This document shows positions 30,415 to 40,998 of a stretch of DNA of 64,000 nucleotides, piece after piece; position 1 is the first letter of the stretch; each line of letters opens with the position of its first letter. Made by a program: the position numbers and the translations under genes. The DNA is taken from positions 439,705-503,704 of the forward strand of contig CAVTBV010000013.1 in the NCBI GenBank assembly GCA_963733095.1, given 5' to 3'. The stretch is from Candidatus Bathyarchaeota archaeon. Its GTDB lineage: Archaea > Thermoproteota > Bathyarchaeia > Bathyarchaeales > Bathycorpusculaceae. A model generated the notes under the pieces. It did not search any database. It saw only the letters and a list, made by a program, of their open reading frames with translations, and was not told the origin of the DNA.

Positions 30415-30894
30415 TTAGAAATGCCATCTTTGGTTATCTAGTTGTATGCTGATATGTTTGATTTTTGGGTCTTTCAGATACTCCTGTTTTATTACCTTGC
30501 TCATTTTCCATTGCTCAACAGCTTTTCCACCGTGATACTTATCAAATGTGTTAAGGTCTACTAGGTAGAGGTCTGCGCCTTCCTCATTTTCTGAGTAGAT
30601 GGCAACCCACGGCTCACAACCAAAACACTCACATGCATCTAAGAGCTTCTTTCTATCATTTTTTCTTAAAGAGAAGACGTTAACTGATGCCTTTACGGTA
30701 TCTGAACCTCTTGTTCTTGACTTCACCGTTATACCTAAACGCTTCTTGTTGACTTTGTCATAAGCAATTATGTCGATGCCTGTATGGTCAACTCTTAGTA
30801 CCTCAAAGTTTGATTTGGATAGTGAATCACAAACAAAGTGCTCACCGAATTCACCGATGATTTTTGAATGTCTTGTGCTTTTCGATATGACCAT
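30415..30894 (-). CDS. PD-(D/E)XK endonuclease
   Basis: GEFGE..V...L, GIDIIA, ITVKSR. Confidence 0.8.
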   Translation of the reverse strand: MVISKSTRHSKIIGEFGEHFVCDSLSKSNFEVLRVDHTGIDIIAYDKVNKKRLGITVKSRTRGSDTVKASVNVFSLRKNDRKKLLDACECFGCEPWVAIYSENEEGADLYLVDLNTFDKYHGGKAVEQWKMSKVIKQEYLKDPKIKHISIQLDNQRWHF

Positions 30895-31236
30895 ATCGAT
30901 CTTTGGAATCTTTGGTCCATGCGCTTAAGTGCTTTTTGGAGTGGGACCGCAGCAATTTCCAATCAATAGCTAACGATAGAGTAGGTGTAGTTTGGGGCAT
31001 AACTAAAGAAGAGTTCTTTTATGTCTTAAAGGCAGGGGATGACCATATTCCTTCTCAAACACGACAAAAATCCCACGTTGATTCTATTACCGAGTTAATA
31101 AGAAGTCAAACGAACTGTCAAGAACTAATCAATCAAGAGCTCAAACAATAATAAGATAGTAGGGGAACAGAGAAAAAATGGTTTCGCATGTTCAAGCTTT
31201 TAAGCAAGCGGTTGCTAATATCGTAGGGGGAAATGT

Positions 31237-31647
31237 GTGGATAAAAAACCAATAACCGTCGCCGAAGCAGGAAGGCTAGGCGGAAGAAAAACCGCGGCAA
31301 CCCATGGACGCGAGTTCTACGAAGAGATAGGACGCAAAGGCGGACAAAAAGTTTCTAAAAATCATGGTTCAGAGTTCTACAGTGAAATCGGCAGTAAAGG
31401 TGGCAGTGTACGCGCCAAACAGCATGAAGGCTCTAAAGAAGCCCGGGGCAAAGTCAGCTTAGAGGAAGCAGGCCAACGCGGAGGGCAACGAATGAAACGC
31501 TTAATCGATTTAGGAAAAAAAGCGAGAAAGAATAGCTGGGATTGTGCTAAGATAAAAATGGGTTGTGTGAGTGATATCTCCACTTTCGCTTGGGCTCAAT
31601 CCCTCCCCAGTCAAGTGACAAGATGTTTCTATCAGTCTACACGATAG
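31237..31647 (+). CDS. KGG-repeat general stress protein (C-terminal frameshift extension)
   Basis: EAGRLGG, EIGRKGG, EIGSKGG; paralog of 44941. Confidence 0.85.
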   Translation: MDKKPITVAEAGRLGGRKTAATHGREFYEEIGRKGGQKVSKNHGSEFYSEIGSKGGSVRAKQHEGSKEARGKVSLEEAGQRGGQRMKRLIDLGKKARKNSWDCAKIKMGCVSDISTFAWAQSLPSQVTRCFYQSTR

Positions 31648-31706
31648 GCAATAGAATTAAAATTTAAGCCCACACACTATGTCAACGGTTACAAAGGTTA
31701 GGTTTC

Positions 31707-31762
31707 AACCCGTTTTGCAGAGTAACACGCTAAATAAAATAGGAAATAGGAATTTAGTTCTT
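31707..31762. repeat. ~55-bp intergenic repeat, copy 1
   Basis: cgctaaataaaataggaaataggaattt identical in 55268-55323. Confidence 0.8.
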
Positions 31763-31763
31763 A

Positions 31764-32873
31764 GCGCGCTGCCTTGTCCCGATATTACGTGTTGAAATAG
31801 GTTGGTGACACTGCTTTATCATATCTTCTTATGTTTTCGGCTGCTTCTCTGTTTAGAACCAAGCACAGGATGCTAAAGAGCGCGTATGAAGCTACGTTGC
31901 CCAAGCCCCTAACTTTGTTGACGGTTAGGCTGTACTGCGTCTTTAGGAAACTGTAAACTGCTTCAACATGAGGCCTCTTATGACACTCAATCTTCTCGTC
32001 TTCTGGACCAAAGGTACGAAATTTCTTATCCACCCTTAGCAAGCCCTCAACATCACGTTTCTGGTTTGCACGATATGGAATAACCGCTGCATTGACAGCG
32101 TTTCTGAGTTTGCCGTCACTGTACTGACTGTCTGCTATCACGCTTTTCAACTTGGCCGCAGACTGCTTGAGAATCAGCTCAGTTTTCTTCAATATATTGA
32201 GCGAGTGTTTCTGCTCGTTCTGGTTGGCAGAAGCAAAAGTGCAGGCTAAAGGAAGCATAGTCTTTGAATCGATTGATTAGTGAAGCTTATAGCCTAGTCC
32301 GAAGGATCTGCCTGAGCGTCCGACTCTGGCTTCTTTGTCTGAATAGCCAGTCTGGCTGTCCAATGGATCGCGTGTGCTCCAGGCTTTTATGAAGGAAGCA
32401 TCAAACACGGAATCTACGCATGCTGCGCCGTTTTGTTTCAAGAGCTTGACAACTTTTTCTTCTATTATTTTGATGAGGCAGGTTTCTCCGAGTTTGCGGA
32501 TGAATCTGCTTAGAACACTTCTTGTGTAGCCTTTCTGGCCTGGTTTGATGAGGCAAAGTTTTCTGAGCCTTAGATCCGTGTCTAGGAGTCTGGTCATTTC
32601 TCTTAGGCTGCGAATGCCCTTCATTTTCATGATGATGAATGTTCTGAAGAGGCCTAATGGGTTTCTGGGATGTCTGCCTGGTCCAGAAGTGTGGAAACAA
32701 CCGCGTAAAACGGTTTGGGCAAAGTTTAAGTCGATGTTTCGAAAGAGGGTTTCTAGGGTCTCGTGTTCATCTTGTCCCGCTTGGGGTCACCTCCTAAGCT
32801 TGGACGTTTCTCAAAAAATACGAGACCCCGACTAAAACATAAACTTTAGTAATTTCGGGACAAACCAGCGCGC
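31764..32873 (-). mobile_element. Second IS5-like copy, transposase pseudogene
   Basis: TIRs gcgcgctgccttgtcccg / cgggacaaaccagcgcgc; in-frame TAA at 32277 and 5' frameshift. Confidence 0.9.
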
Positions 32874-32932
32874 TTGCGACTTTTGGGTTTCTGAAAAAAG
32901 AAGAAATAGTAGTTGTCATTTAACAAATCTCT

Positions 32933-33772
32933 ATGCGACTACTCTTCAAAGAAGCAATAAAGACTTGCTTCAATCCACCAGAAGACCGACTAAAGAGACT
33001 AAACACATGGGTAGATAACTCAAACTTGGCAAGAGATCCAGCGAAACCAAACTTAGAAGCTCACCTAAACCAATACGACAAAGCTGAAGAACTCATAACT
33101 TTCTACACCTTCGCACCATTAGTGGTAAGCTTAAACAAAGCAGGTCTAACCAACAGGATACTCTCCTTAGCCAAAGTGAGTGCATATGAAGAAAATAATG
33201 CCGATGTATCTTTGGAAAGACAATTCAACCCACCTAAAGGCTATCTCAAATGGATAAAAGATAACATTAGAAATCACCCTGTGAGGTACATAAGAGAAAA
33301 AGCGAATGTGTATAAACCAAACCAACGTTTGGAATCAAATACTCATGTTGATGCATTCATTGAGACCGACAAGTTGCTTATCTTTTTTGAAATAAAGTTC
33401 ACTTCAGATATCTCTCCAAGCACAACTTTCAATCCTTGTAGAAATCAATTGGCAAGACTCGTTGATGTCGGATTAACAGTCAATGAGCACAATGGCAAAG
33501 AAGTTCTGGTTATTCTATCGAGTCCACGCAGATTCTTCGAAAGCAAGAGCAGACTCTACTATTACAAAATCAAGGATTACACCGACCCAGTAAAGATAAA
33601 AGAAGACATTGAGTGGAGAAGTCTCTCAACTATTAGAGATAATGTCTTAGCAGTTAGGTGGATTGCGCTCGAAGACCTCATAGACGTTTTCTATAGAGAC
33701 TTCGAGCATGAAGATAAGAAAGAAGCGTTAGAGTTCTTCAAAGAGAGAAACCTTTTGTCAAGTGTTACATAA
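32933..33772 (+). CDS. PD-(D/E)XK restriction-endonuclease-like protein
   Basis: ESNTHVD, FFEIKF.SDIS, RNQLAR..D. Confidence 0.78.
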   Translation: MRLLFKEAIKTCFNPPEDRLKRLNTWVDNSNLARDPAKPNLEAHLNQYDKAEELITFYTFAPLVVSLNKAGLTNRILSLAKVSAYEENNADVSLERQFNPPKGYLKWIKDNIRNHPVRYIREKANVYKPNQRLESNTHVDAFIETDKLLIFFEIKFTSDISPSTTFNPCRNQLARLVDVGLTVNEHNGKEVLVILSSPRRFFESKSRLYYYKIKDYTDPVKIKEDIEWRSLSTIRDNVLAVRWIALEDLIDVFYRDFEHEDKKEALEFFKERNLLSSVT

Positions 33773-34042
33773 CACAAAATTCTACTTTTTATTTACTATT
33801 ATCTCTAGTTTGCCAAAGGATAAGGTCAATTTTCTTAGTGTTATGTTGAATCTAAAGCCTCTAAAAAAGCGCCTATGAGACTGTTACAGAAGAAGATGCA
33901 GAAGAAAAAAGGTCGCAATTGCAGAGTGGAAACAGGACTTCTTGACTGAGATAAATCCACGAACCTACCCAATTGCACTTGCGTTAGTGGGTGCGATAAA
34001 AATTGGAATATGTGCTAATGGTTACTTATTCAAAAAATTGAG

Positions 34043-35272
34043 CTATACCCAAATAGAATAAGTAGTTAGAGAATCAGCCGTACTATCCCCTGTAATAACA
34101 TACAGAGTATAAACACCTTTTCCGTAAGAAGCTACTGCTTGAGAAAATGAGAACCCAATTTGGAAACTATTTCCATTTTGGCTCCAGGTATCAGCCACTA
34201 TTCCTTTTACACTTATTCCGCTCCAATCATAGTATTGGTCGGAAGGTAAGGGAGGCACGATGATTGCGACATCTGTTCCGGCGTCATAACTATGCTGGTA
34301 TGGGTCATGGTTTAATTGATTTACAGTTAAAGGCGCTGGATTGTCATAGTAGATGTCAATTTGTTTGATACTTGTTTGAGTCTGCAAAACTCCTTGCATT
34401 GTCACTTGGTTGCCATTAACACTCAGTTGACTCCATGATATATAATCATCTTCAAAATCTTGTACAAGATACACGTTGTTTGCGTCAAACGCAATTCCTA
34501 TGCTTACTTCATTGTGCAAAGGGTTTAAAATGTTGTCTTTATGTCCCCAATTTGAAGATGCGTCATCATACATCATACTATTTTCCATATCCTTCAGAGC
34601 TTGTTTGAGGCTGGAATAATATCCTAATATAGCAGCGCAGTTTTCCGCAACTGCCCCTTTACCACCTGCTAGCGTGTATCGCATATAGGGTTTGTAACCG
34701 TTCATATCCCAATGGCTAAAGTAAACATTTTTTAGCATTTCATTTGCATGATTTTGACCTGAGTTAATGCTGCTTAATGTCACATTTTGTAGCCCATTTG
34801 CTTGCCTATCAGTATTAATCAAAAAAAGGGCATAGTTGGCAAGGTCGGAATCGGCTTGTAGTTGAGCTTGCGGTATAGGCGTTGATGTGACAAATGGATT
34901 TGTATATGGAGTTGGGGTAGGATTTGGAGTTGACGAAGATAAAATTGTATTACTTGTATCAGTGGTGAAGAAAGGGAGCTTAACTATAGAGACTAACAAG
35001 GCTACTGAAGCTATTAAGACAACTGCTATGAGGATAGCAGCGAGGGCTTTTTTGTTACTTTTTTTTCCGTTTCTAAATTTAGTTGTCGGTCTCGGTACAA
35101 CTTCTCCATAGTGAGAAAAATTTCGGGAGAGAATGTAATTTGGGGAAGCGAAAGGTTTTCTTTTACAATTGTGGCTTTCAGGAATGCGATGGTGAGCACA
35201 GAAATAACTGCCACAATAAGCACACTTAAATGGCATCTCAACGTATTTTCCACAGACTTCACAGCGCCCCAT
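34043..35272 (-). CDS. AN1 zinc finger + TM + CAP/SCP domain protein
   Basis: CEVC..MPFKCAYC...FC..HR.PE.H.C; IN.DR, HA..M, FSH, AEN, GH..NIL. Confidence 0.9.
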   Translation of the reverse strand: MGRCEVCGKYVEMPFKCAYCGSYFCAHHRIPESHNCKRKPFASPNYILSRNFSHYGEVVPRPTTKFRNGKKSNKKALAAILIAVVLIASVALLVSIVKLPFFTTDTSNTILSSSTPNPTPTPYTNPFVTSTPIPQAQLQADSDLANYALFLINTDRQANGLQNVTLSSINSGQNHANEMLKNVYFSHWDMNGYKPYMRYTLAGGKGAVAENCAAILGYYSSLKQALKDMENSMMYDDASSNWGHKDNILNPLHNEVSIGIAFDANNVYLVQDFEDDYISWSQLSVNGNQVTMQGVLQTQTSIKQIDIYYDNPAPLTVNQLNHDPYQHSYDAGTDVAIIVPPLPSDQYYDWSGISVKGIVADTWSQNGNSFQIGFSFSQAVASYGKGVYTLYVITGDSTADSLTTYSIWV

Positions 35273-35410
35273 AACCTAATTCCTCTGTGCATCTAAATGA
35301 GACTTAACTTGTTTTAACTATTGTTCAATTTTGTTTAAAAGACCTATCTGACTAAAAAATATAAGAAAGGTTTTCAGCAGTTATATGGGTCACAACAGCG
35401 CGTCGCTTTG

Positions 35411-35839
35411 TTAACTAATCTTTTTCAATTGAATGGGTTCTATTTTCTCTTTTATTTTGTTAGGTTGAATGAGCCATCTTGTTTCTGGCAGTTTGTTTGC
35501 TTCAAAAATGTTGTAATCAAATATCCTTAATTTAGGTTCAGATAACATATCATAAACATTGTAGATAAAGAAAGAACCCTGTTTCAACTTACCAGCGTCA
35601 CGAATAGACTTCAATGCTTGTTCTGTCATTCGTATGTTAGTTTCTCTTTTCAAGCAACCTTTAACATCGATATACTTACCCTTAGAAATAATATCAGCTC
35701 CATGTTTCTGTCTTTCTGGTTTTTCTCCCTTACTCTTCAAAAAGTTCATAACATAGTTAATTGCCAAGTCTTCAATTTCTTTAGTTGATAAATTTCTTTT
35801 TTCTGTGTTAGCATCGCTCTTAGATAGCGTATTAGCCAA
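35411..35839 (-). CDS. DUF3883-like PD-(D/E)XK nuclease
   Basis: IE..AI.YV, GADIIS, YIDVKG. Confidence 0.75.
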   Translation of the reverse strand: MANTLSKSDANTEKRNLSTKEIEDLAINYVMNFLKSKGEKPERQKHGADIISKGKYIDVKGCLKRETNIRMTEQALKSIRDAGKLKQGSFFIYNVYDMLSEPKLRIFDYNIFEANKLPETRWLIQPNKIKEKIEPIQLKKIS

Positions 35840-35961
35840 AGACAGCCCTCGATTGCTATATGGTGCTTTTGATATTTAGATTTTAGCAATAAAAAAATAG
35901 CTTCAACTAAATCTTATGTGAAAAAGCACTCAAAGGTAATTCGTAACCTCTGCCATCCTTC

Positions 35962-36177
35962 GGTTTCCCTAAGCGCCGTTTTTTGCAGTAGGTGTAAGGC
36001 GCTGCTCGCTGCTCAGGATAATTGTGTCGTTTGCCTTTGTCGGGCGCGGTGTTCACGCTTACGACTTTTAAAACCTGAAACCGTAAACTCGGCTTCACCA
36101 GTCAACTAAAGAAGCCTCCAAAAAAAGAAAAAGAGAGTTGTGTACGGAGTGGAGACATCACCAAAAAATTATCGTGC
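35962..36177. repeat. ~215-bp non-coding repeat, copy A
   Basis: Colinear with 57136-57350 and partly with 39318-39384. Confidence 0.9.
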
Positions 36178-36223
36178 ACTTTAATGTGTATTAAAAAAAG
36201 AAAAGGGAAAGTTGTTTTGGTTT

Positions 36224-38944
36224 TTATGGTTTTTTCCTAAATAGCAGTAGCCCAAGAATTGCACCGACTACAATTATAACAACGATTATTGCAGCGACTG
36301 CGGGGATAAAGTATTGATCAGCTACGGACGGCGATCCTGTGGTTGGTGTTGGTATTATTGCAGGTGTTTCACTTGCATAGAATGCAGTAGATGCTGAAGA
36401 ACCGAAGTACGAGTTGGAGCCTGCAAAAGTCGCGTAGACGGTGAATGATCCGGATATGTCGGGTGTCCAAGTGAAAGAATAGTCGCCTAAAGCGTTCGTC
36501 GTTGCCGTTCCGATTGATCTATAGTTGCCGTTAGAGTCTATGACCGATAGTGTGACCAGAACGCCTGTAATGTTGTTTGGCATCGACTGCTGCTCATAGA
36601 CAGCCTCCATAAACGCCTGCTGGCTTTCGTCAGATACTGCTGGTAAGCCATTTGGGAAGTTTGCTGCAACCGCATTTTGTTGCGAACCGGCAGAAATGTC
36701 CATGACTGTGCCTGTTATTGTTACTGGAGTGGTAGTGGTTGCTCCTATGCGTGGTGCAGTAACAGTTGTCTTGCTTGGTCCTTTGCCTATGCAGTATATT
36801 TGCGCGTCGTATGCGTTGAAGGCTGTGATATAGCCGTCTGCGACGACGGCATCCCATACGCCGCTTTCTCCAATTGCTTCACGCGCAGTTCCCCAATTGA
36901 GAAGTCTCCATAGTTCCGCTCCGTTTGATGAGTTGAGGCAAACTAGGTAGTATCCTTGTTCTAGTGGTGAATTAGGTGAATGGTCGCTTGAATCAAAGAC
37001 AAGTTTTCCATCTGCAGTAAATTCCAAGTTCATCGGGTTGTTGCCATAGAAACTTGTGTCTGCGCCGCCGGCTTTATCAGTGTATGTCCATAAGGTTTTT
37101 CCAGTTGTTACGTTGTATGCAGTTACTACTCCACTGTAGCCCCAGCTTATGAGCATGCCTTCATAGAAGACGTTTGGCATTGAGTCAAAGTAGTTAAATG
37201 CTGATTCAGGCTCAGTTGGTCCCCAAAGCATTTCTCCTGTTTCAAGGCTGTAACCCCAGCGTTTTAAAGTCAGTCCTTCAGCGAAGGTGAAGACGCCGTT
37301 TGCTAAATCTATGCCATCTAGTCCCACTTGATAGCGATGTTTAACCAATCCATTATTGCTTGCGTACGTACCGAATTGGTCTGTAAATACGCCACCGAGT
37401 ACATCCGCAACTACGTTAGGCATTACTGTTTCTGGCGGGGTAAAGGATATGTTCCACAACAGTCTTCCAGCATCTTCTTGCTTCACGCTTAAAGCCCATA
37501 AGTTGCCTTTTACGATGGTTGTGGAGTTGTGTATTCCTCCAACGCCTCCTACCACGTACTGATCTGGTTCAATATCGAGAATGGTTCCTGTCACTGCCGA
37601 CGGTATTGATACGTTGATCGACCAGCCTGTATCTCCGTTTTTCACGAAATTCTGTTCAGGATAGTAGTTGCCGTATAGCTGATTACCTTGTGCAACATTT
37701 GGTGTTATGCCCATTGTTTCGATTTGAGATGTGTTCCAACATTGCAAGTACTGTACTCCGCCTATCTTAGTAAGACCATATCTTAGTATGCTTCCGTCAT
37801 TGCCGTATGCTGGAAATCCGGTGGCTGACACGTTGGCTATTATGGCTACCGGGCTGTAAGTGTATCCATCAAGCATTTCCCAAGTTTGAGTGCCTGATCT
37901 GCTTGTGTAACCGGATGGCAATGTGACGCCTCTGGTTATCCACACGTAGGGGAAACCGCCGTGCTGGTTAGCTGAGTCATATTCGTATATTGAAGCAAAA
38001 TCTGGTTGCTCAGCATATGGGCCAGCACCAGTTATCGTTGCTGTTCTTGTGGTGTTAAAGAAATTTATCGTCTCACCTGTATATAGGTCAACGACGTACC
38101 AACCGGCGATTGATCCAGCTGTGTCATAATTGGAGTAGATGAGTCTTCCATTGAGGATTATTGGCGGGTATAGCTTAAGTCCCTCGTAGAGTATTGATGC
38201 ATATCCGTTTGTTCCAAGTCGTGCGTCCATTATGCCTCCAGCCCAAAGAGGGCGTGTCCACATTATGTGCGGGCTCCCGGGAACTTGACTTGTGGAAGTA
38301 AGGCGAGGAAGGTCTAGAGCATTGTTGTCTATTTCCCAGTGGCTAGTTTGCGCTGCACTGTTGAAACCTAACCAGTTCGATGCTATTGAGTACCAGTTTC
38401 TGTTGTTTTGGTTTATTGGGACTTGCCAATATGCCGTTGGAAGTGCAGGTTCTTGCCATGTTGGTATCGGGTCTGATTGAACTGTGACGTTTATCGGATT
38501 ACTGTTGCTTGGTAATATGATGTCTCCGACAGAAGATGGATTAGCCGAACTTGCAGGAAGACCCGTAAGAGTTATCCCTTGAAATTTCGCCACGAAAGTG
38601 TAAATGCCTGCTTCAGTAGGAATGTAGTTAGCCGCAGCATTCCCTCCGACATCAGACTTGAAGGGTCCAATTGTTTCGTTTGTTCCGTCAGGTTTCATAA
38701 CAACAACCATAAAGCTGTATACGTCGTTGTCAGCGCCAGTTGGGGGACTTGGTCGTGTCCACATATCAACGCGTATTATTTGACCAACGCCTATAGGGCT
38801 TGGTCCCACCGATAGAAGTGTCCAGCTAGGAACTTCCCATGCCGGGGTGTGCGCGTTAGTAGTCGGTATCATTAGAATTAATGTACTTGCAGTCATCACT
38901 ATTATTAGCGCAGTTGTTAAAATTTTTTTATTTATATTTTGCAT
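36224..38944 (-). CDS. PQQ-type beta-propeller surface protein
   Basis: Signal peptide, AYNVTTGKTLW repeats, DSNGNYR.IG, ADQYF + TM + RKKP. Confidence 0.93.
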   Translation of the reverse strand: MQNINKKILTTALIIVMTASTLILMIPTTNAHTPAWEVPSWTLLSVGPSPIGVGQIIRVDMWTRPSPPTGADNDVYSFMVVVMKPDGTNETIGPFKSDVGGNAAANYIPTEAGIYTFVAKFQGITLTGLPASSANPSSVGDIILPSNSNPINVTVQSDPIPTWQEPALPTAYWQVPINQNNRNWYSIASNWLGFNSAAQTSHWEIDNNALDLPRLTSTSQVPGSPHIMWTRPLWAGGIMDARLGTNGYASILYEGLKLYPPIILNGRLIYSNYDTAGSIAGWYVVDLYTGETINFFNTTRTATITGAGPYAEQPDFASIYEYDSANQHGGFPYVWITRGVTLPSGYTSRSGTQTWEMLDGYTYSPVAIIANVSATGFPAYGNDGSILRYGLTKIGGVQYLQCWNTSQIETMGITPNVAQGNQLYGNYYPEQNFVKNGDTGWSINVSIPSAVTGTILDIEPDQYVVGGVGGIHNSTTIVKGNLWALSVKQEDAGRLLWNISFTPPETVMPNVVADVLGGVFTDQFGTYASNNGLVKHRYQVGLDGIDLANGVFTFAEGLTLKRWGYSLETGEMLWGPTEPESAFNYFDSMPNVFYEGMLISWGYSGVVTAYNVTTGKTLWTYTDKAGGADTSFYGNNPMNLEFTADGKLVFDSSDHSPNSPLEQGYYLVCLNSSNGAELWRLLNWGTAREAIGESGVWDAVVADGYITAFNAYDAQIYCIGKGPSKTTVTAPRIGATTTTPVTITGTVMDISAGSQQNAVAANFPNGLPAVSDESQQAFMEAVYEQQSMPNNITGVLVTLSVIDSNGNYRSIGTATTNALGDYSFTWTPDISGSFTVYATFAGSNSYFGSSASTAFYASETPAIIPTPTTGSPSVADQYFIPAVAAIIVVIIVVGAILGLLLFRKKP

Positions 38945-39317
38945 TTATTTTCTTCCTTAAGTTATTAGCAAGGCACTTTCGAAAAATATTCCCTTGCCAC
39001 TTTTCTAATATGAAACGGTCAATTAATAAAACTTTTGAGAGTACCCACTGGCGCTTTATCTGAACACTATTTTGTCAGTAATAAAAGCGAAAAGAAGGTT
39101 AAACAGAGTGTTAAGATCAACTAAATTTATATTATTCTTCTTTTTCTTCGCTATATTCTCTTAGTAGGTCTCGAATTTCTTTGCGACTTTTTTGAGATGA
39201 TTCATTCAATTCTTTTTTAAAATTGTAGTTACTAAAGTTGAACCTGAATTGTTGACTATGCCACTCTGTTTTAAATCTTTGTTTTTCTTGTTGTGTCAAG
39301 TCAATTCCTCTAAGCGA

Positions 39318-39384
39318 TTTAAAACCCAAAACTGTAAACTCGGCTTCGCTAGACAAGATAGAAGCCTGCAACAAAAGAAAAAGG
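39318..39384. repeat. Partial copy C of the ~215-bp repeat
   Basis: tttaaaacccaaaactgtaaactcggcttcgctagacaagatagaagcct. Confidence 0.85.
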
Positions 39385-39417
39385 GATTTATGCGGGAGAT
39401 ACAAATTGGAGATTAGA

Positions 39418-39654
39418 GGTAAAGATTTAACAAACACTATCAGATATTTTGGCAGTCCAAACAGCAAGCTTTTGGAGTCAGATTTTACTGACGAACAAAA
39501 AAAGGATTTTACAATAAGAAGGGAAATTATTTGGCAATCCGATGATGCAACAGATAAGGAAGTAAACAAAAAAGAAGTTGAATTAATTCTCAAGTATAAG
39601 TCAAATAATCCAAAAATTGGATATAATAGGTCACCAAAATTCAAAGAAAAGTAA
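39418..39654 (+). pseudogene. GIY-YIG nuclease, N-terminally truncated
   Basis: GKDLT...YFGS...DFT...DFTIRREIIW.S...E...I....SN.P.IGYN; the IYKI...KIYI start is missing. Confidence 0.75.
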
Positions 39655-39818
39655 TCCTGTGTTGGACAACGCGCGCCTTTGAAAGATTCAATAACGAAAT
39701 CTCTTTAACCCCGCCAAGGTTATAGCCCCCTAAAACGGGACCCATAAAAGATAGGAAAGAGCGGGCGCTAATTTTTAACAAAAGAGAACGTAACGCTAAG
39801 CAATAAGCACAATAGAGT

Positions 39819-40764
39819 TTAAAGAAATGACATTGGTTGTGAAATTTCTATTATGAAAATCCCCAAAAGAAACGAAACGATTACGAGATGTGGCAAGAGT
39901 AACGCGAAAAAAGTAAACCTTTCTTTTTGTTTAGCTTTCAATAGTTGGGCAATATGGATTAAACCAAACGATGCTATGAAAACAAGAATGCCCAGAAAAA
40001 TAAACCAACGATTTAAGTCCTTCCGCAAATGTTAAAACATTTGCTATTAGAGAAGTCGGAAACCACAGAGTAACCAAAATAAATGCTACACCTAACAGGG
40101 CAAATTCAGTCGCAAATGCACTTCTATGTTTCTTCAAATAAACGGATACAGATGCACTTACCAAAACAGCTATGGCAACATAAACTAATGAATTCACAAG
40201 CATATTCAGCTGATAATTCCACCGATCATTTGCAATGTTCGATTGTTTAAGGCCATTAATAGGGGGATTAGGTGTTGGAAACGGATCATCCATCAAATAT
40301 TTCTGTTGAGAACTAAGCGTTGAATTATATGTTGAAATCATCAGCATTGTATTGCCTCTAGAAGTAATTAACGAGACCGAACAATTACCGCCGTCTACAA
40401 GGGTTTTGGGACTTAATCCTAAAGTTACAAGACCGTAATAATATCCTGCAATAAATGTTGGTTCAGAATCGAAAAAGGTGGAATTGACACCATTAACAGA
40501 CCCCATAACAATTCTTGCATTCATAGGACCCGTGTTTTCAACTAATGCTTTTACGGTGTCATTAGCGTTTCCATCAATAAATCGAAGTTCCACAATGCGT
40601 AGTTGTTCTACGTTACTCATTAAAACAGTTGACATAGATTCAGCATTCGCGTTTTGTAAGCCTCCAATATCCGCGACCACATTGTAATTTACAATTACGA
40701 TTGACCCTAAAAAGATAGCAAAGACTATAATTATTAAGACAGAAATAAAATTGCGGTGTCTCAA
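39819..40764 (-). pseudogene. Multi-TM membrane protein with pilin-like Ig domain, frameshift near 40022
   Basis: Overlapping ORFs 39931-40764 and 39819-40028 with continuing TMs; EQLRI...VENTG...ITSRGN. Confidence 0.65.
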
Positions 40765-40922
40765 CAGGTATTCAACAATAATTTAGTGGTAATATTCTTT
40801 TAATTAGATTTATGAATCCAAAATCCCAAAAGAAGAGTTTTAAGCAAAGATTTTGACTCAAGAAAGCATGGAATCTATTCTGATTTCTAAAAAAGAAAAA
40901 GGGAAAAGACCCGGAAAGAGGT

Positions 40923-40998
40923 GCGCGCGCGTTGGAAGATATGATAAAGCAGTCTCACAACTTACTTTAACACTTAATATCGGGACAAGGCAGCGCGC
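40923..40998 (+). mobile_element. IS5-like relic (transposase 3' end + TIR)
   Basis: GRYDKAVS/TYFNT* followed by tatcgggacaaggcagcgcgc. Confidence 0.85.
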
